This document shows, piece by piece, positions 1 through 8,442 of a stretch of DNA of 64,000 nucleotides (positions are counted from its first letter, which is position 1; each line of letters begins with the position of its first letter). The stretch is from positions 896,001 to 960,000 of the forward strand of contig CAVPZX010000002.1 in NCBI GenBank assembly GCA_963710375.1, written 5' to 3'. The notes beneath the pieces were generated by a model. That model was given only the letters and a program-made list of their open reading frames with translations, was not told where the DNA came from and made no database searches. The stretch is from Nitrospirota bacterium. Its GTDB lineage: Bacteria; Nitrospirota; Thermodesulfovibrionia; Thermodesulfovibrionales; Dissulfurispiraceae. A program made the position numbers and the translations under genes.

Positions 1-8
1 CCTCTTCT

Positions 9-46
9 TAAAGGAAAGGGCTCCCTGCTTGACGCAGAGGGCCCTT
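9..46 (-). terminator. Probable intrinsic terminator after csp
   Basis: Minus-strand hairpin AAGGGCCCTCTGC-GTCAA-GCAGGGAGCCCTT followed by TCCTTT, immediately after the csp stop. Confidence 0.55.
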
Positions 47-52
47 AGTTCC

Positions 53-253
53 TTATTGTTTAACTACCGTGATCGCCTTGGGACCCTTTGGGCCTTTTTC
101 GGTATCAAAGCTGACTCTGTCACCCTCGGCAAGGGATTTGAATCCCGCGCCCTGGATGGACGAGTGGTGTACAAAGACATCCTGACCGTCTTCGCCTGTT
201 ATAAAGCCGAAGCCTTTTGAGTCATTGAACCACTTTACTGTTCCATTAACCAT
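53..253 (-). CDS. csp: Cold-shock protein (CspA family), 66 aa
   Basis: [18 protein letters not shown]...DVFVHHS carries the RNP1/RNP2 motifs; SD AAGGAGG precedes ATG at 253, so the track start at 343 is too long. Confidence 0.97.
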   Translation of the reverse strand: MVNGTVKWFNDSKGFGFITGEDGQDVFVHHSSIQGAGFKSLAEGDRVSFDTEKGPKGPKAITVVKQ

Positions 254-545
254 TGTGTTTACCTCCTTGCATAAAAAGTAAAGTATCAGAATTCCGGGTG
301 CATCAAAAAAAAATAGCCACAGAGCTAAAAGTCCCCGTGGCAATCGCTAGTGTGCGTTAACAAACCTCTGAACCTTCTTTTAACATTATGGCATTAATAT
401 GAATACAATAGCAAATAGCAAGGAATGCTTTTGCAATGAGCAAGGGAAAAATGTTCAATAAAATGCCAGCTCAAAAACAATTTTGTCGTAGGTCGAAAAT
501 CAGATAAATGTTTGAGTAACATTTATTGCCATTTGTTTGTCCTTG

Positions 546-719
546 TTAATTACAACAGAATGGCTTAACTCTTTCCAGAACTGTTATTTCTATCGACACG
601 GGGCAATTTAGAGCGCTTAAAACTTGAATGAGATCTTCAATTGAGCAGTTCTCCTTGTGCACCTTGCCGTTTTCCGCTTTTACAGTTGTTGCAATAATAT
701 CCAGAGTGTTATTTCTCAT
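546..719 (-). CDS. Small Cys-rich hypothetical protein, 57 aa (below the ORF-track cutoff)
   Basis: My translation: MRNNTLDIIATTVKAENGKVHKENCSIEDLIQVLSALNCPVSIEITVLERVKPFCCN; SD AAGGAG upstream; 39 nt after cbiN on the same strand. Confidence 0.6.
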   Translation of the reverse strand: MRNNTLDIIATTVKAENGKVHKENCSIEDLIQVLSALNCPVSIEITVLERVKPFCCN

Positions 720-758
720 CTCTTTTTCTCCTTTTTGTTTTGGTTATACGCATTCTGC

Positions 759-1100
759 TCAATCCTGAGACCTGATCCGGATAATCTGCCTCGCAATCCG
801 TCTCATTTCTGCCAGTCGTTCCGGTTCAATTTTCGATGGCTTTCCCATCAGCATCTTCCAATTGTATCCTGCTAAGAATCCTCCGATTGATCCAGCAACA
901 AGGAAAACAAAGAGCAGCATGTCTCCCTGGTCAGTGTTAATGAGCGGTTTATGTGCTTCCCTCCCATGTTCCTTCGCTATTTTTTGAACGACCGATTCAT
1001 CTACACCAGTCCATTTCTCTTCATCAGCAATAGCGATCGATAGATTGCAAATCATAAACAAGATTACAAAAAATATAGTTGAAGCAGTCAGAGTTTTCAT
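759..1100 (-). CDS. cbiN: CbiN-like cobalt transport auxiliary membrane protein
   Basis: Signal/TM segment, WTGVDESVV..A...GRE..KPLINTDQGD.LLFVFL.AG..GGF.AGY pattern; 4-nt overlap with cbiM. Confidence 0.75.
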   Translation of the reverse strand: MKTLTASTIFFVILFMICNLSIAIADEEKWTGVDESVVQKIAKEHGREAHKPLINTDQGDMLLFVFLVAGSIGGFLAGYNWKMLMGKPSKIEPERLAEMRRIARQIIRIRSQD

Positions 1101-1870
1101 ATTGTCACCTCGCTAGGCTTTATCACTCTCATTTTTATAAGAAGGTCAGGCCGCCTCTTGGCGAGCAGGACTACCACACCTGCGGTCATTGCACCTTCCA
1201 GAATTCCCAGAGGTAACTGTGTCGGGATAAAGGAAATAACTATTTTTATGAAAATGGGCATAAATGGATCAGCACCTTTTATGCCTGCAGCAAGCATAAT
1301 AGATGTGCCAAGGTAGGTTGCCCAGTCGGCAAATAGCCCTGCAAAGAAGCCTGCAACCGACATGCTGACCCTCAGCGCCCTTAATGCCTTGAACGTCCCA
1401 TATCCGGCAAATGATCCCATTATTCCCATAGAAACAATATTGGCTCCCCACGTACTCAAACCACCATGAGAAAGGAAAAGCGCCTGAATAAGAAGGGCCA
1501 CTGCGGTAATAAGGATGCTGATGGGTGGACCGAGCAGTATGGCGGACATTCCAGTTCCACAGGGATGGGAGCATGTGCCTGCCGTAGGAACAGGAATCGG
1601 CATGCAGGAGATAATAAAGACCATCGCAGCCATAAGTCCTACCAGAGGTTTGAAGGAGATATCTGTAGAAGATATTTTCTTTAACCGCAACAACCCATAT
1701 GCCACAAATGGCGCGGCTAAAGCAAACCATAATACGCACCAGTTCAAAGGCAGTATTCCCTCGGAGATATGCATGGCATAGGCGTTTGTTGCGGGGAGCA
1801 CTGATATGACAGCCCCCAAAAAAGCTAATCGGTAAAGATTACTGCTTAATGCCGTTTTAAAGCTTTTCAT
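1097..1870 (-). CDS. cbiM: ECF-type cobalt transporter S component CbiM
   Basis: Signal peptide ending AYA followed by the metal-binding mature N-terminus MHISEG; GTCSHPCG, AHGG-like (SHGGL) and QLPLGILEG motifs. Confidence 0.95.
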   Translation of the reverse strand: MKSFKTALSSNLYRLAFLGAVISVLPATNAYAMHISEGILPLNWCVLWFALAAPFVAYGLLRLKKISSTDISFKPLVGLMAAMVFIISCMPIPVPTAGTCSHPCGTGMSAILLGPPISILITAVALLIQALFLSHGGLSTWGANIVSMGIMGSFAGYGTFKALRALRVSMSVAGFFAGLFADWATYLGTSIMLAAGIKGADPFMPIFIKIVISFIPTQLPLGILEGAMTAGVVVLLAKRRPDLLIKMRVIKPSEVTI

Positions 1871-1911
1871 AATGATCCTCTCCTTGTATTTGTCATTTGA
1901 TATATCATGTA

Positions 1912-3513
1912 TTAATAGCTCATGCGAAAACGCATAGAATACACGGCTGCCGGGCCGCGATCACGGTTATATCCGGGATTAACAATGTACTGGAAATCGG
2001 GTGAAACCTGAACATATTTTCCGATCTGGATGCGATAGTAGGCTTCCAGTATCTGTTCGAGCCCATAATCCAGTCTACCGTCACCCAACAACATGCCGAG
2101 GCCACCGTCTGATAGATAATTTTTGTGCTCGGATGACAGGCCATCAACCGCATAGGCAATTCCCAAATGGTCTTCGCTACGCGTCCAATGTATTCCGCTT
2201 ATCTGCACTCCGGCACTCAACTCACGGTCAACTTCGGTATAGCTAAAAGTCTCATTATGTCCGTCATTCCAGCCAAGTCTGCCAAAAATACCTGTCTCCC
2301 CGTTATCCGCTAGGGGTTGCTCAAAATTCAATCCGAAACCGTATTTGGTGCGTCCAGGCTTCTCGTCATCTAAAGTACTGGGTATTGTAGAAGTGGCATT
2401 CCCAAGCGCTATTGCATCTGCATAGTTGCCCATGCGTCCCTGATTAAGATAGGTGAGAATACGTATCACTGTGCCCAGATCATTCGGCTTGAGAGAAAAT
2501 TCGAGGTTACTTCCCTGGGCTCGAAGAATGTGTTCATCAAATATATTGCCGTTGGCCGTAGTCGCTACCTCATAGCTGCCAAATGCCAGTCTCCATTTTG
2601 GTTGAAAGAGAGATGCGACAAAGCCATAGGTGTAGCCCCGGGTATCCCCGGCATAATCCCATGCGGTGTTATTGATAAAAGAATAGTTGAGAAACTGGGT
2701 GCGCGTGTTGTTTGCATAGCTGTTCAGGTCGAAATCATCTGCTACCGACAATTTACCTGCCTTTAGCTCTAACCGGCTGATAGGCTCATCTCCCGGCAAC
2801 TGGTCTTGTCCGCGCTCCATCTTCTCTGTCTCTGATGCCAGTGCATAGTAGTAGCGCAAATAGGCACGGGCTACGTATGGGCCGGTGCCTAAATCTACCG
2901 TGCCTGTCCTTATGACATCGCCATTGGTGTATCCGCCAAGGCCCTGACCCTTGCTTATTCCAGATCCTTTGGCCATTTCAATATCAACATATCCCTGAAG
3001 CGAAGGGAGCACTTGAGAGCCAAGGTATACTCCATAGATATGTGTGATGTTGTGTCCCAAGCCCCCATCAGTCCTGAAACTGTGATCTCCTTCGTATGGG
3101 CTGTGAAAGCCTGGCACATTTTGGTATATGCCGTTAAACTGCAGCCCTAGTACTTTGGGTATCCATAGTGGCTGCTGTTCTGTTTTTTGTTCAGGCTGCT
3201 GTTCAGCAGGCGCCTTCTCCACAACTTTCTCAGGAACCACCGCAGGCGGATCTTTTTGCTGCTCCGACAGCTCTTTGCTTATTTCTGGATGCATTGTAAG
3301 AATACGTTGCATAATATCAAGCAGCTCTTGTTTCGATTTTTGACCTAGTTGGTTTTCAGTAACAGCAGACTGCCCGCTGTAGGAGTCTGCGTAGACCGGC
3401 GATATGAGGGCGGGCAAGTGAGGGCACGCGAGCAAAAGCAAGGCAATGATGGTAGGCCCCGACAAGTCGAAAGACAAGCGCTTTCGCTGCTGATAGTGGT
3501 TCAAAACAGACAT
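1912..3513 (-). CDS. OprB-family outer-membrane porin, MnoP (metal porin)-like
   Basis: N-terminal signal segment; NNTAWDYAGDTRGYTYG, NPGYNRDRGP and E..YY motifs; C-terminal aromatic residue; SD GGAGG. Confidence 0.85.
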   Translation of the reverse strand: MSVLNHYQQRKRLSFDLSGPTIIALLLLACPHLPALISPVYADSYSGQSAVTENQLGQKSKQELLDIMQRILTMHPEISKELSEQQKDPPAVVPEKVVEKAPAEQQPEQKTEQQPLWIPKVLGLQFNGIYQNVPGFHSPYEGDHSFRTDGGLGHNITHIYGVYLGSQVLPSLQGYVDIEMAKGSGISKGQGLGGYTNGDVIRTGTVDLGTGPYVARAYLRYYYALASETEKMERGQDQLPGDEPISRLELKAGKLSVADDFDLNSYANNTRTQFLNYSFINNTAWDYAGDTRGYTYGFVASLFQPKWRLAFGSYEVATTANGNIFDEHILRAQGSNLEFSLKPNDLGTVIRILTYLNQGRMGNYADAIALGNATSTIPSTLDDEKPGRTKYGFGLNFEQPLADNGETGIFGRLGWNDGHNETFSYTEVDRELSAGVQISGIHWTRSEDHLGIAYAVDGLSSEHKNYLSDGGLGMLLGDGRLDYGLEQILEAYYRIQIGKYVQVSPDFQYIVNPGYNRDRGPAAVYSMRFRMSY

Positions 3514-3568
3514 GTAATACCTCCTGAAAGAAAAATAAACAATTTTTTATCTATCTATTGTTGACGAT

Positions 3569-3587
3569 ATTGATAATAGTTATCAAT
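3569..3587. promoter_or_regulatory. Fur-family box overlapping an internal sigma70 promoter of the porin gene
   Basis: Perfect inverted repeat ATTGATAA-TAG-TTATCAAT, close to the 7-1-7 Fur consensus TGATAATnATTATCA; minus-strand TTGACA at 3615-3610 with TCTAAT 18 nt downstream. Confidence 0.7.
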
Positions 3588-3695
3588 TAGAACACACCAG
3601 CATATTAGTTGTCAAGCAAATTATAATGCTCTGCTTTATTCTTTTCCGAAAGCGGTTATGACGGTTGGTCATAGAGTCTTTTCCCCTTTCTCCTG

Positions 3696-3735
3696 AAAAT
3701 AAAAAAATCCCCAAGGCAAAAATGCCCTGAGGATT
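3696..3735 (-). terminator. Intrinsic terminator, probable riboswitch expression platform
   Basis: Minus-strand RNA AAUCCUCAGGGCA-UUUU-UGCCUUGGGGAUU followed by a U-tract; the two G-U pairs form only in the minus orientation. Confidence 0.75.
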
Positions 3736-3876
3736 GCACCCTGATTTACTTCATCCTCTTTCCTGCCAGCCACGGCAAGGAGTGGTAATGGGTGAAATGT
3801 TGATTGGAAAACGGGGGTATGCTAGAGCATTGCCTGAATGAACTTCCCGTCACCAGCAACATATCACTGAGTCTCA

Positions 3877-4042
3877 CAGGCAGGTCTTCTGGCTTCCGGA
3901 TCTCCCTATTTGCCGGCCTTCCCGGAGTTTTCCTCCAGTGGCTCAGTCGGCTTTCGTCCCCGGTTACAGCGGCGGGCCCGCTCCCGAATCAGCGTTTCCG
4001 CCCCACGGGATTCCCTATTAATCCTTACGGCACCTGAGATTG
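3877..4042 (-). ncRNA. Cobalamin (B12) riboswitch
   Basis: Reverse complement reads AGGTG...AATAGGGAATCCCGTG...GAGCGGGCCCGCCGCTGT...GCCACTG...GGGAAGG...AAGCCAGAAGACCTGCC (B12 box); lies upstream of porin-cbiMN. Confidence 0.95.
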
Positions 4043-4045
4043 TCT

Positions 4046-4075
4046 TTTATAATACTTCAGTGGAACTTTTGTCAA
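4046..4075 (-). promoter_or_regulatory. sigma70 promoter driving the riboswitch
   Basis: TTGACA (4075-4070), 18-nt spacer, TATAAA, immediately 5' of the riboswitch. Confidence 0.6.
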
Positions 4076-4449
4076 CGTGGTCGCATCGTGGGGGGCCTAA
4101 TTACAGTTGCATTATTCGGAATTGTATAATGGAGATTCGGCATTTTCCTCGGATTAGGCCAAACCTTTTCCGGGTCTTTCAGAAACCTTGCGACCCATTC
4201 ATTGTCACGTGAACTCATGACCTTTGTTACATCCGGGGCATAGTAACCCCCGATCCCAAGAATCGTATGGCAGTCATTGCAATTATGCTTTTGCCATGTC
4301 CACTTGCCTGCAGCAACGTGGGCATCCAGTTTTGCTTCCTGCGTTCTTTTCGGCATCTGCACCAGAGAGTCGTAGGTGAGAACGAGGAAGATCACAGCGG
4401 AAATCAAGGTGCCCCAAATAAAGATTGCCTTCCCTTGCGACAGCGTCAT
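4072..4449 (-). pseudogene. norC: NorC-like monoheme cytochrome c, C-terminally truncated; norB absent
   Basis: N-terminal TM, GK..WQKHNCNDCHTILG.GGYYAPD.TK and MPNL are NorC-like; similarity stops after MPNLH (~4128); SD AAGGAGG before ATG 4449. Confidence 0.7.
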
Positions 4450-4531
4450 AGTTCCTCCTTTGTTGTTAGGCGAGTTTGAGCCCACCCTACCTCAAACGAA
4501 CAATTCACTTTAACACTTATTGTTCGACAAA

Positions 4532-4551
4532 AGTATGATCTGGATCATACT
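4532..4551. promoter_or_regulatory. CRP/FNR-family palindrome shared by the divergent norC and hao promoters
   Basis: AGTATGATC-TG-GATCATACT (ATGAT-N4-ATCAT); -10 TAAAGT on minus (4512-4507) and TATACT on plus (4572-4577), both at class II spacing. Confidence 0.7.
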
Positions 4552-4611
4552 CAAATGGGGAGATTGTAACATATACTCAAACTTGATAAACTTATAAAAA
4601 AAGGAGGCTTT

Positions 4612-5958
4612 ATGAAGCGGAAAACATTTTCGGGGATAATGGCTCTCTTGTTTTTTTGCATGGTGATCGTTCTGGGTGAGGGAACAGTAAAAGCAGCGAA
4701 GATTGAGGTTTCCAAAGAAGGCCAGGAGTGCATCGGGTGTCACAATTCGCAATCACCGTCATTGGTGAAGGAATGGGAAATAAGCAGGCATGCTGAAAAG
4801 CAAGTTGACTGCTATAGTTGTCACAAGGCCGATAAATCAGACCCTGATGCAATGAATCATAACGGCTTTACTATAGCAGTGCTCGTCACACCTAAGCGTT
4901 GTTCAAGGTGCCATCAAAAAGAAGTCCGGGAGATGACAACTAGCCACCATGCCATGGCTGGAGATATCCTTAATTCACTGGACAATTACCTTGGTGAAGT
5001 AGTTGGCGGGTCCGAAGCGGTTGCAGTCGGCTGCCTGCAATGCCACGGGGGAAAGGTCAAGGTGCTTGCTAACGGAAAACTCGATACCAACAGCTGGCCA
5101 AACACCGGCATCGGACGTATCAACCCGGATGGTTCAAAAGGTTCATGTTCAGCCTGCCATACAAGACATAACTTTTCAAAGGCCCAGGCGAGGGAGCCAC
5201 AGACCTGCGGCAAATGCCATCTCGGTCCCGACCATCCGCAGATCGAGGTCTATCAGGAATCGAAGCACGGCATTCTCTATAAAGCCAACAAGGAACGGCT
5301 GAATATGCACAATGATTCCTGGGTCGTAGGAAAAGACTACACTGCTGCCCCGACATGCGCGACCTGCCACATGAGCGCAACGCCGGACCAGCCTGTAACC
5401 CATGATGTAGGGGCAAGAATCAGCTGGACACTCAGGCCGCCGATATCGAAGAAACTCGAAAATGCAGATAAACGCCGCGAGAACATGAAAGATGTATGCT
5501 ACAGCTGCCATTCAGCCCCATATGTGGAGGGTTTCTATAAGCAGTTCGACAACCTCGTGATTTTTTATAATGATAAATTTGCGGTTCCTGCAACGAAGAT
5601 AATAACTGAACTCAAGGCAAAGGGCAAAATACCCAAATCGGATTTTAGCAGCAAGCTCGACTGGGTTTACTTCGAGCTGTGGCATCATGAGGGAAGACGC
5701 GCGCGCCACGGTGCAGCAATGTCCGGTCCTGATTATGCATGGTGGCACGGTATCTATGATGTTGCAAAAAATTTCTACTCTGAATTCCTGCCTGAGGTAA
5801 AAAACGTGGCCGGTCCGGAGTTGTACGCTGAACTTACTAAAAAATATCTCGAACCTGATGTGCGGCACGAATGGTATCTCAAAGGGATGAGCAAGGAACA
5901 GCTAGAGAAGATAAAAAAGTTTTACGAAGAGAGGTACGGTGGAGCAAACGCAAAATAG
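4612..5958 (+). CDS. Octaheme cytochrome c, hydroxylamine oxidoreductase family (epsilon-Hao-like)
   Basis: Sec signal; 8 CxxCH motifs; WPNTGIGRINPDGSKGSC, CHLGPDHPQIE and HHEGRRARHGAAMSGPDYAWWHG. Confidence 0.9.
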   Translation: MKRKTFSGIMALLFFCMVIVLGEGTVKAAKIEVSKEGQECIGCHNSQSPSLVKEWEISRHAEKQVDCYSCHKADKSDPDAMNHNGFTIAVLVTPKRCSRCHQKEVREMTTSHHAMAGDILNSLDNYLGEVVGGSEAVAVGCLQCHGGKVKVLANGKLDTNSWPNTGIGRINPDGSKGSCSACHTRHNFSKAQAREPQTCGKCHLGPDHPQIEVYQESKHGILYKANKERLNMHNDSWVVGKDYTAAPTCATCHMSATPDQPVTHDVGARISWTLRPPISKKLENADKRRENMKDVCYSCHSAPYVEGFYKQFDNLVIFYNDKFAVPATKIITELKAKGKIPKSDFSSKLDWVYFELWHHEGRRARHGAAMSGPDYAWWHGIYDVAKNFYSEFLPEVKNVAGPELYAELTKKYLEPDVRHEWYLKGMSKEQLEKIKKFYEERYGGANAK

Positions 5959-5990
5959 GAGAAAGAAACAGGCGTTGTAACCAATAAAAG

Positions 5991-6638
5991 GTGCCGAAGA
6001 TGATAATGCTATCTCTCAATGTCGGCCTTCCGGCAAAAGAGATATTTTTTGGGAAAGAGGTGATAACAGGCATCTGCAAAAAGCCTGTTATGGGTCCGGT
6101 GCATCTCGGGAAGACAGGTTTTGCCGGCGACGGAGTTGCGGACCTAAAAAACCATGGGGGCCTTAACAAGGCGGTTTGTGTGTATGGCGCCAATCATTAT
6201 CCTTACTGGGAGGAAGTCCTTAAAACGGTCCTGCCTCCGGCTCCGTTTGGCGAGAACCTCTCACTTTCTATCGTTGATGAGGCTGCAGTATGCATCGGTG
6301 ATATTTTTCAACTGGGGACTTCATTAGTTCAGGTAAGCCAGCCCAGGCAGCCGTGCTCAACCCTTGCGGCGAGGTATGGCAGGAGCGATATGGTGAAGCT
6401 TGTTGTCGATTCCGGCAAGACCGGGTACTATTTCAGGGTGCTTGAAGAGGGGATTGTGGAAACCGGAAATGCTCTTATTCTGAAGGAAAGCGATCGTAAC
6501 GGTATAACTGTTTCTTTCGCTAATTGGATTTACCATCACGACAGAAGAAACCGGGAGGGAATAAAAAAGGTTTTAGCCATTGAGGCTCTCTCATCGTCGT
6601 GGCGCGAATCATTTATTAAATTGAGAGAAGGGCTTTAG
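5991..6638 (+). CDS. yiiM: MOSC-domain protein (YiiM-like, with 3-alpha tail)
   Basis: GD..AD..HGG..KAV, FGENL, IGDIF.LG...VQVSQPRQPC (Moco-ligating Cys), G.Y.RVLEEG; start may be ATG 6000. Confidence 0.9.
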   Translation: MPKMIMLSLNVGLPAKEIFFGKEVITGICKKPVMGPVHLGKTGFAGDGVADLKNHGGLNKAVCVYGANHYPYWEEVLKTVLPPAPFGENLSLSIVDEAAVCIGDIFQLGTSLVQVSQPRQPCSTLAARYGRSDMVKLVVDSGKTGYYFRVLEEGIVETGNALILKESDRNGITVSFANWIYHHDRRNREGIKKVLAIEALSSSWRESFIKLREGL

Positions 6639-6711
6639 GTAATCATGTCTGCCATATGCCTGAAACCCGCAGGTCTTGTCTCGAAGGGGAGAAAAGACTG
6701 CACGATGGGGA

Positions 6712-7254
6712 CTAAACCCAGAATTCGGGATACCTTCTCGCTTTAGGTATATTATTTACCAAAAGAGCGACCAGGAGCATAATCACTGCGCCTGCACCCG
6801 CAGGAAGAATTGCATATAAATATCCAAGCTTATGAACGCTCTCACCCCCTATAACTGCAATGAGGGCTGTTGCTCCGCCAGGGGGATGCAGTGTTTTTGT
6901 AGTGTGCATCACGGCTATAGCCGTTGCAACTGCCAAAGGGGCGGCAAGCCAGATTTGATTATTGAACATCTGATAGGCAGCGACGCCGACAACCGCAGAA
7001 AGAATATGCCCGCCAACAAGATTTCGCGGTTGAGCCAGAGGACTCTTTATAGCACCGTAAATCAACACTGCTGAAGCGCCGAACGATCCTATTATCATGG
7101 TAAGCCCTGTGCCTTCCAAAAGCTTGTAACTGACCAGGGCAACTGTCGCTATGCCCAGAAAAGCACCTATCCATGACCATAGGACTTCAGAGACGCTTAC
7201 TGCGGGAGGGCTCTTGGTCGAGCCCTTCATCTTGTTCAGATATTCCTTGATCAT
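6712..7254 (-). CDS. HPP family membrane protein
   Basis: SFGASAVL.YG...SPLAQPRN.VGGH and LHPPGGATAL; start chosen at MIKEY (7254) to avoid overlap with the CBS gene. Confidence 0.92.
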   Translation of the reverse strand: MIKEYLNKMKGSTKSPPAVSVSEVLWSWIGAFLGIATVALVSYKLLEGTGLTMIIGSFGASAVLIYGAIKSPLAQPRNLVGGHILSAVVGVAAYQMFNNQIWLAAPLAVATAIAVMHTTKTLHPPGGATALIAVIGGESVHKLGYLYAILPAGAGAVIMLLVALLVNNIPKARRYPEFWV

Positions 7255-7273
7255 ATGGAGCGGGGCATTGCAG

Positions 7274-7891
7274 TCACGTCCTGATCCTGACCGTAGAGCC
7301 ATGCACAATATCTGCTCTCGAAACAATACCGATGAGCGCCCCATGCTTATCCGTAACAGGCACCCTGTTTATTTTCTTTGCAGCGAAAATGCCTGCTATC
7401 TCCGTTACCGTTGTGTTTTCGTCAACAGTTATAGCCGGAGATTTCATTATGTCTTCGGCTTTCTTACAGCGGATCGGCATCGTAACACATCCCTCGCCTT
7501 TAAGACACTCTGCAACAACAGCCATGAAATTCATTTTGTCTTTGGCGCCCATATTTCCCAGAAAATCCTTTCCTGAAATGACCCCTGCTATTGTTCCGTC
7601 ATCTTCAACAACGGGCACACCGGAAATTCCCTTAGTGGCCATCACCTCGGCAACTTCCTTAAGAGGGGTCGATCTTCTGACTGCAAAAACCTCCCTTGTC
7701 ATTATGTCACGGGCCCTGACCGACCTCATGATTCTGTCTAAGGCGTGGCGATAGGCAAACTTGTAAATCTCTTTCAGGTCGGCAGGAGTGATGTCCAGAT
7801 AACCCTGGATATCCTTCATAGCCTCAAAAATATCATCATCCGATATTTCTATCTCCAGGGGGATGTCTTTCTTTTCTGTCGTATCGTCCAA
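7274..7891 (-). CDS. CBS-domain protein (HPP-associated type)
   Basis: YLDITP.D..E.Y..AY.HA N-terminus plus two CBS repeats (GISGVPVV, INRVPV...GIVSRADI); TTG start with GGGAG. Confidence 0.88.
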   Translation of the reverse strand: MDDTTEKKDIPLEIEISDDDIFEAMKDIQGYLDITPADLKEIYKFAYRHALDRIMRSVRARDIMTREVFAVRRSTPLKEVAEVMATKGISGVPVVEDDGTIAGVISGKDFLGNMGAKDKMNFMAVVAECLKGEGCVTMPIRCKKAEDIMKSPAITVDENTTVTEIAGIFAAKKINRVPVTDKHGALIGIVSRADIVHGSTVRIRT

Positions 7892-7973
7892 TAGAGTTCT
7901 CCCTTAATAATTATCCGCTGCGCGCTGGATATTATAGTTTAATAACAAACATACTTACGCCTTTCTTCATGCC

Positions 7974-8441
7974 TTAAATCCATGCCTCCTGCAATATCTC
8001 TCCTTGCATACCTACCACCATATACTTGATAGGTACCTTTCTGTTGGCAGCCTGCGCGGCCTGCTCCGCGAGCCTCAATAACCCCGAACAGCATGGCACC
8101 TGCATTATCATTACAGTAAGGGTGTTTATATTAGCATCTTCGATCAGGCTTTTTATTTTGTCAACATAAATATCCTGCTCCACATCCAGCTTGGGACAAG
8201 CAATAGCCAGTGCCTTTCCTTGCAGGTAGTCGCTGTGGAAATTCCCGAGCGCGTAGGCTACGCAGTCAGCTGACAGCAGCACGTCAGCGCCCTGATAATA
8301 AGGCGCCAGCGGCGAGACCAGGTGCAGCTGCACAGGCCACTGCCTGAGCTCGGATTTTATCTTTGCGGCAGGAGCAACGTCCCTCGCTTCTTTTTCCTCG
8401 AAATATACCATCTTAGATCCGGGACATCCTTCGAATGCCAT
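7974..8441 (-). CDS. Fe-S oxidoreductase domain (FrdX/hcp-associated ferredoxin C-terminal domain, no N-terminal 2x4Fe-4S part)
   Basis: GCPGS, SELRQWPVQLHLV, ADC, ACPKLD and M.VPCC.GL motifs. Confidence 0.8.
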   Translation of the reverse strand: MAFEGCPGSKMVYFEEKEARDVAPAAKIKSELRQWPVQLHLVSPLAPYYQGADVLLSADCVAYALGNFHSDYLQGKALAIACPKLDVEQDIYVDKIKSLIEDANINTLTVMIMQVPCCSGLLRLAEQAAQAANRKVPIKYMVVGMQGEILQEAWI

Positions 8442-8442
8442 T

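Noticed and set aside
254..343. 30-aa N-terminal extension of Csp in the ORF track
   Set aside because: A strong SD precedes ATG 253; the upstream part is most likely the csp 5' UTR.
4612..5958. Ammonia-oxidiser HAO or anammox hydrazine dehydrogenase
   Set aside because: The protein is short, apparently lacks the cross-linking Tyr, and has no haoB/cycAB or amo neighbours.
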